NCBI GenBank assembly: GCA_040510075.1 | Contig: JBEVJT010000113.1 | Location: 1,552-65,551, forward strand | Direction of reading: 5' to 3' | Length of the DNA stretch: 64,000 nt | Source: Xanthobacteraceae bacterium | Lineage (GTDB): Bacteria; Pseudomonadota; Alphaproteobacteria; Rhizobiales; Xanthobacteraceae | Part shown: positions 62,897 through 64,000 of the stretch, piece by piece | How the letters are laid out: each line of letters opens with the position of its first letter | Position numbering within the stretch: the stretch's first letter is position 1 | Notes under the pieces: model-generated | Seen by the model: the letters and a program-made list of their open reading frames with translations, nothing else | Databases searched by the model: none | What the model was told of the DNA's origin: nothing | Made by a program: the position numbers and the translations under genes

Positions 62897-64000
62897 ATGG
62901 CCGTAAGCGCCAACCGGCTTGAACTGTTACAGATTGCCGACGCGGTCGCGCGCGAGAAGGCAATTGATCGCGGCATTGTCATCACCGCCATGGAGGACGC
63001 GATTCAGAAGGCCGCGCGCTCGCGTTATGGCAGCGAAACGGAAGTGCGCGCTGAGATCAACGCCAAGACGGGAGAGATGCGGCTGTCCCGTCTGCTCCTC
63101 GTCGTCGATCAGATCGAAAACGACGCGACGCAGATTTCGCTCGAGGATGCGAAGAAGCGAAATCCGGCTGCGCAAATCGGCGATTACATCGCCGAGCCGC
63201 TGCCGCCCCTAGAGTACGGCCGCATCGCCGCGCAATCAGCCAAGCAGGTGATAGTTCAGAAGGTGCGCGAGGCGGAGCGCGACCGGCAGTACCAGGAGTA
63301 CAAGGACCGCATCGGCGACATCGTCAATGGCATCGTCAAACGCGTCGAGTACGGTAACGTCGTCGTCGACCTCGGCCGAGGGGAGGCGATCGTGCGTCGG
63401 GACGAAATGCTGCCGCGCGAAACATTTCGCAACGGCGACCGCATTCGCGCCTTCATCTATGACGTGCGGCGGGAGCCGCGTGGGCCGCAGATTTTTCTCT
63501 CCCGCACCCATCCGCAATTCATGGCCAAGCTGTTCGCGCAGGAAGTCCCTGAGATCTATGACGGCATTGTCGAAGTGAAAGCAGTGGCGCGGGATCCCGG
63601 TTCTCGTGCCAAGATTGCAGTGATCTCGCGGGATTCATCCGTGGATCCCGTGGGCGCTTGCGTCGGGATGCGCGGCTCGCGCGTGCAGGCGGTCGTCAAT
63701 GAGCTGCAAGGCGAGAAGATCGACATTATTCCCTGGACCGCGGACCCCGCCAATTTCGTGGTCAATGCGCTGGCCCCTGCGGAAGTCGCCAAGGTTGTGC
63801 TCGATGAGGAGCATCAGCGTATGGAAGTGGTGGTCCCGGACCAGCAGCTGTCGCTGGCCATCGGCCGCCGCGGCCAGAATGTGCGCTTGGCGTCCCAGCT
63901 TACCGGGTGGGATATTGACATCGTAACCGAGCAGGAGGAATCGGAGCACCGGCAGGCGGAGTTCGAGAAGCGGACGAAAGTTTTCATCGAAGCGCTCAAT
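62897..64000 (+). CDS. nusA: Transcription termination/antitermination factor NusA (5' partial; continues past the window)
   Basis: The open frame from the ATG at 62897 is absent from the track because it has no stop in the window. [26 protein letters not shown]1 domain [23 protein letters not shown] domains [29 protein letters not shown] and [25 protein letters not shown]. Confidence 0.95.
   Translation, partial: MAVSANRLELLQIADAVAREKAIDRGIVITAMEDAIQKAARSRYGSETEVRAEINAKTGEMRLSRLLLVVDQIENDATQISLEDAKKRNPAAQIGDYIAEPLPPLEYGRIAAQSAKQVIVQKVREAERDRQYQEYKDRIGDIVNGIVKRVEYGNVVVDLGRGEAIVRRDEMLPRETFRNGDRIRAFIYDVRREPRGPQIFLSRTHPQFMAKLFAQEVPEIYDGIVEVKAVARDPGSRAKIAVISRDSSVDPVGACVGMRGSRVQAVVNELQGEKIDIIPWTADPANFVVNALAPAEVAKVVLDEEHQRMEVVVPDQQLSLAIGRRGQNVRLASQLTGWDIDIVTEQEESEHRQAEFEKRTKVFIEALN

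Overview
High-GC window (about 64-65% by eye, not computed) from an alphaproteobacterial chromosome. Gene order and the intergenic palindromic repeats look Hyphomicrobiales / Bradyrhizobiaceae-like. Almost all of it is core housekeeping. In order: atpG-atpD-atpC; rppH with ctpA and an M23/EnvC-like peptidase; the minus-strand TCA cluster mdh-sucC-sucD-sucA-sucB-lpdA; zapE; thpR. Next come an SGNH esterase divergent from a YbbA/YbbP-type ABC pair, acnA divergent from ccmABCDG, then yciB-ftsY, mtaB-dapF and rplU-rpmA-(GNAT)-obgE-(DUF72)-proB. The last third carries an adenosine-kinase-like gene, trpS, usp, nfu, tsaB-rimI-(Bug SBP)-miaB-phoH-ybeY-corC-lnt, XRE-metK-trmB, DUF2336 and rimP-nusA (nusA runs off the window). 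I found no rRNA, tRNA, CRISPR array, intact transposase or recognisable defence or toxin system. No multi-gene novel system is evident. The parts the annotation does not explain are small. (1) Two unrelated loci (26.7 kb and 45.9 kb) each carry a stable hairpin with the identical 14-mer CCCCCCAGCCCCCC in its apical loop, followed by an intrinsic terminator on the same strand; these may be paralogous sRNA or 3'UTR elements. (2) A small, well-signalled ORF unit sits where proA is commonly found. (3) A 568-bp obgE leader contains tandem repeats, a promoter-like site, a 19-codon ORF starting MPPG behind a strong SD, and a terminator 27 nt before obgE. (4) A lower-GC pocket between ctpA and rppH looks like a decayed, chimeric gene. 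(5) A lower-GC insertion between ccmG and yciB encodes an orphan TM-flanked TAXI-type binding protein. (6) Several dispersed palindromic repeat families occupy operon spacers. Many long ORFs in the six-frame track are antisense or alternate-frame artefacts of high GC and were rejected. Start codons were re-chosen where the track ORF extends upstream of the conserved N-terminus.
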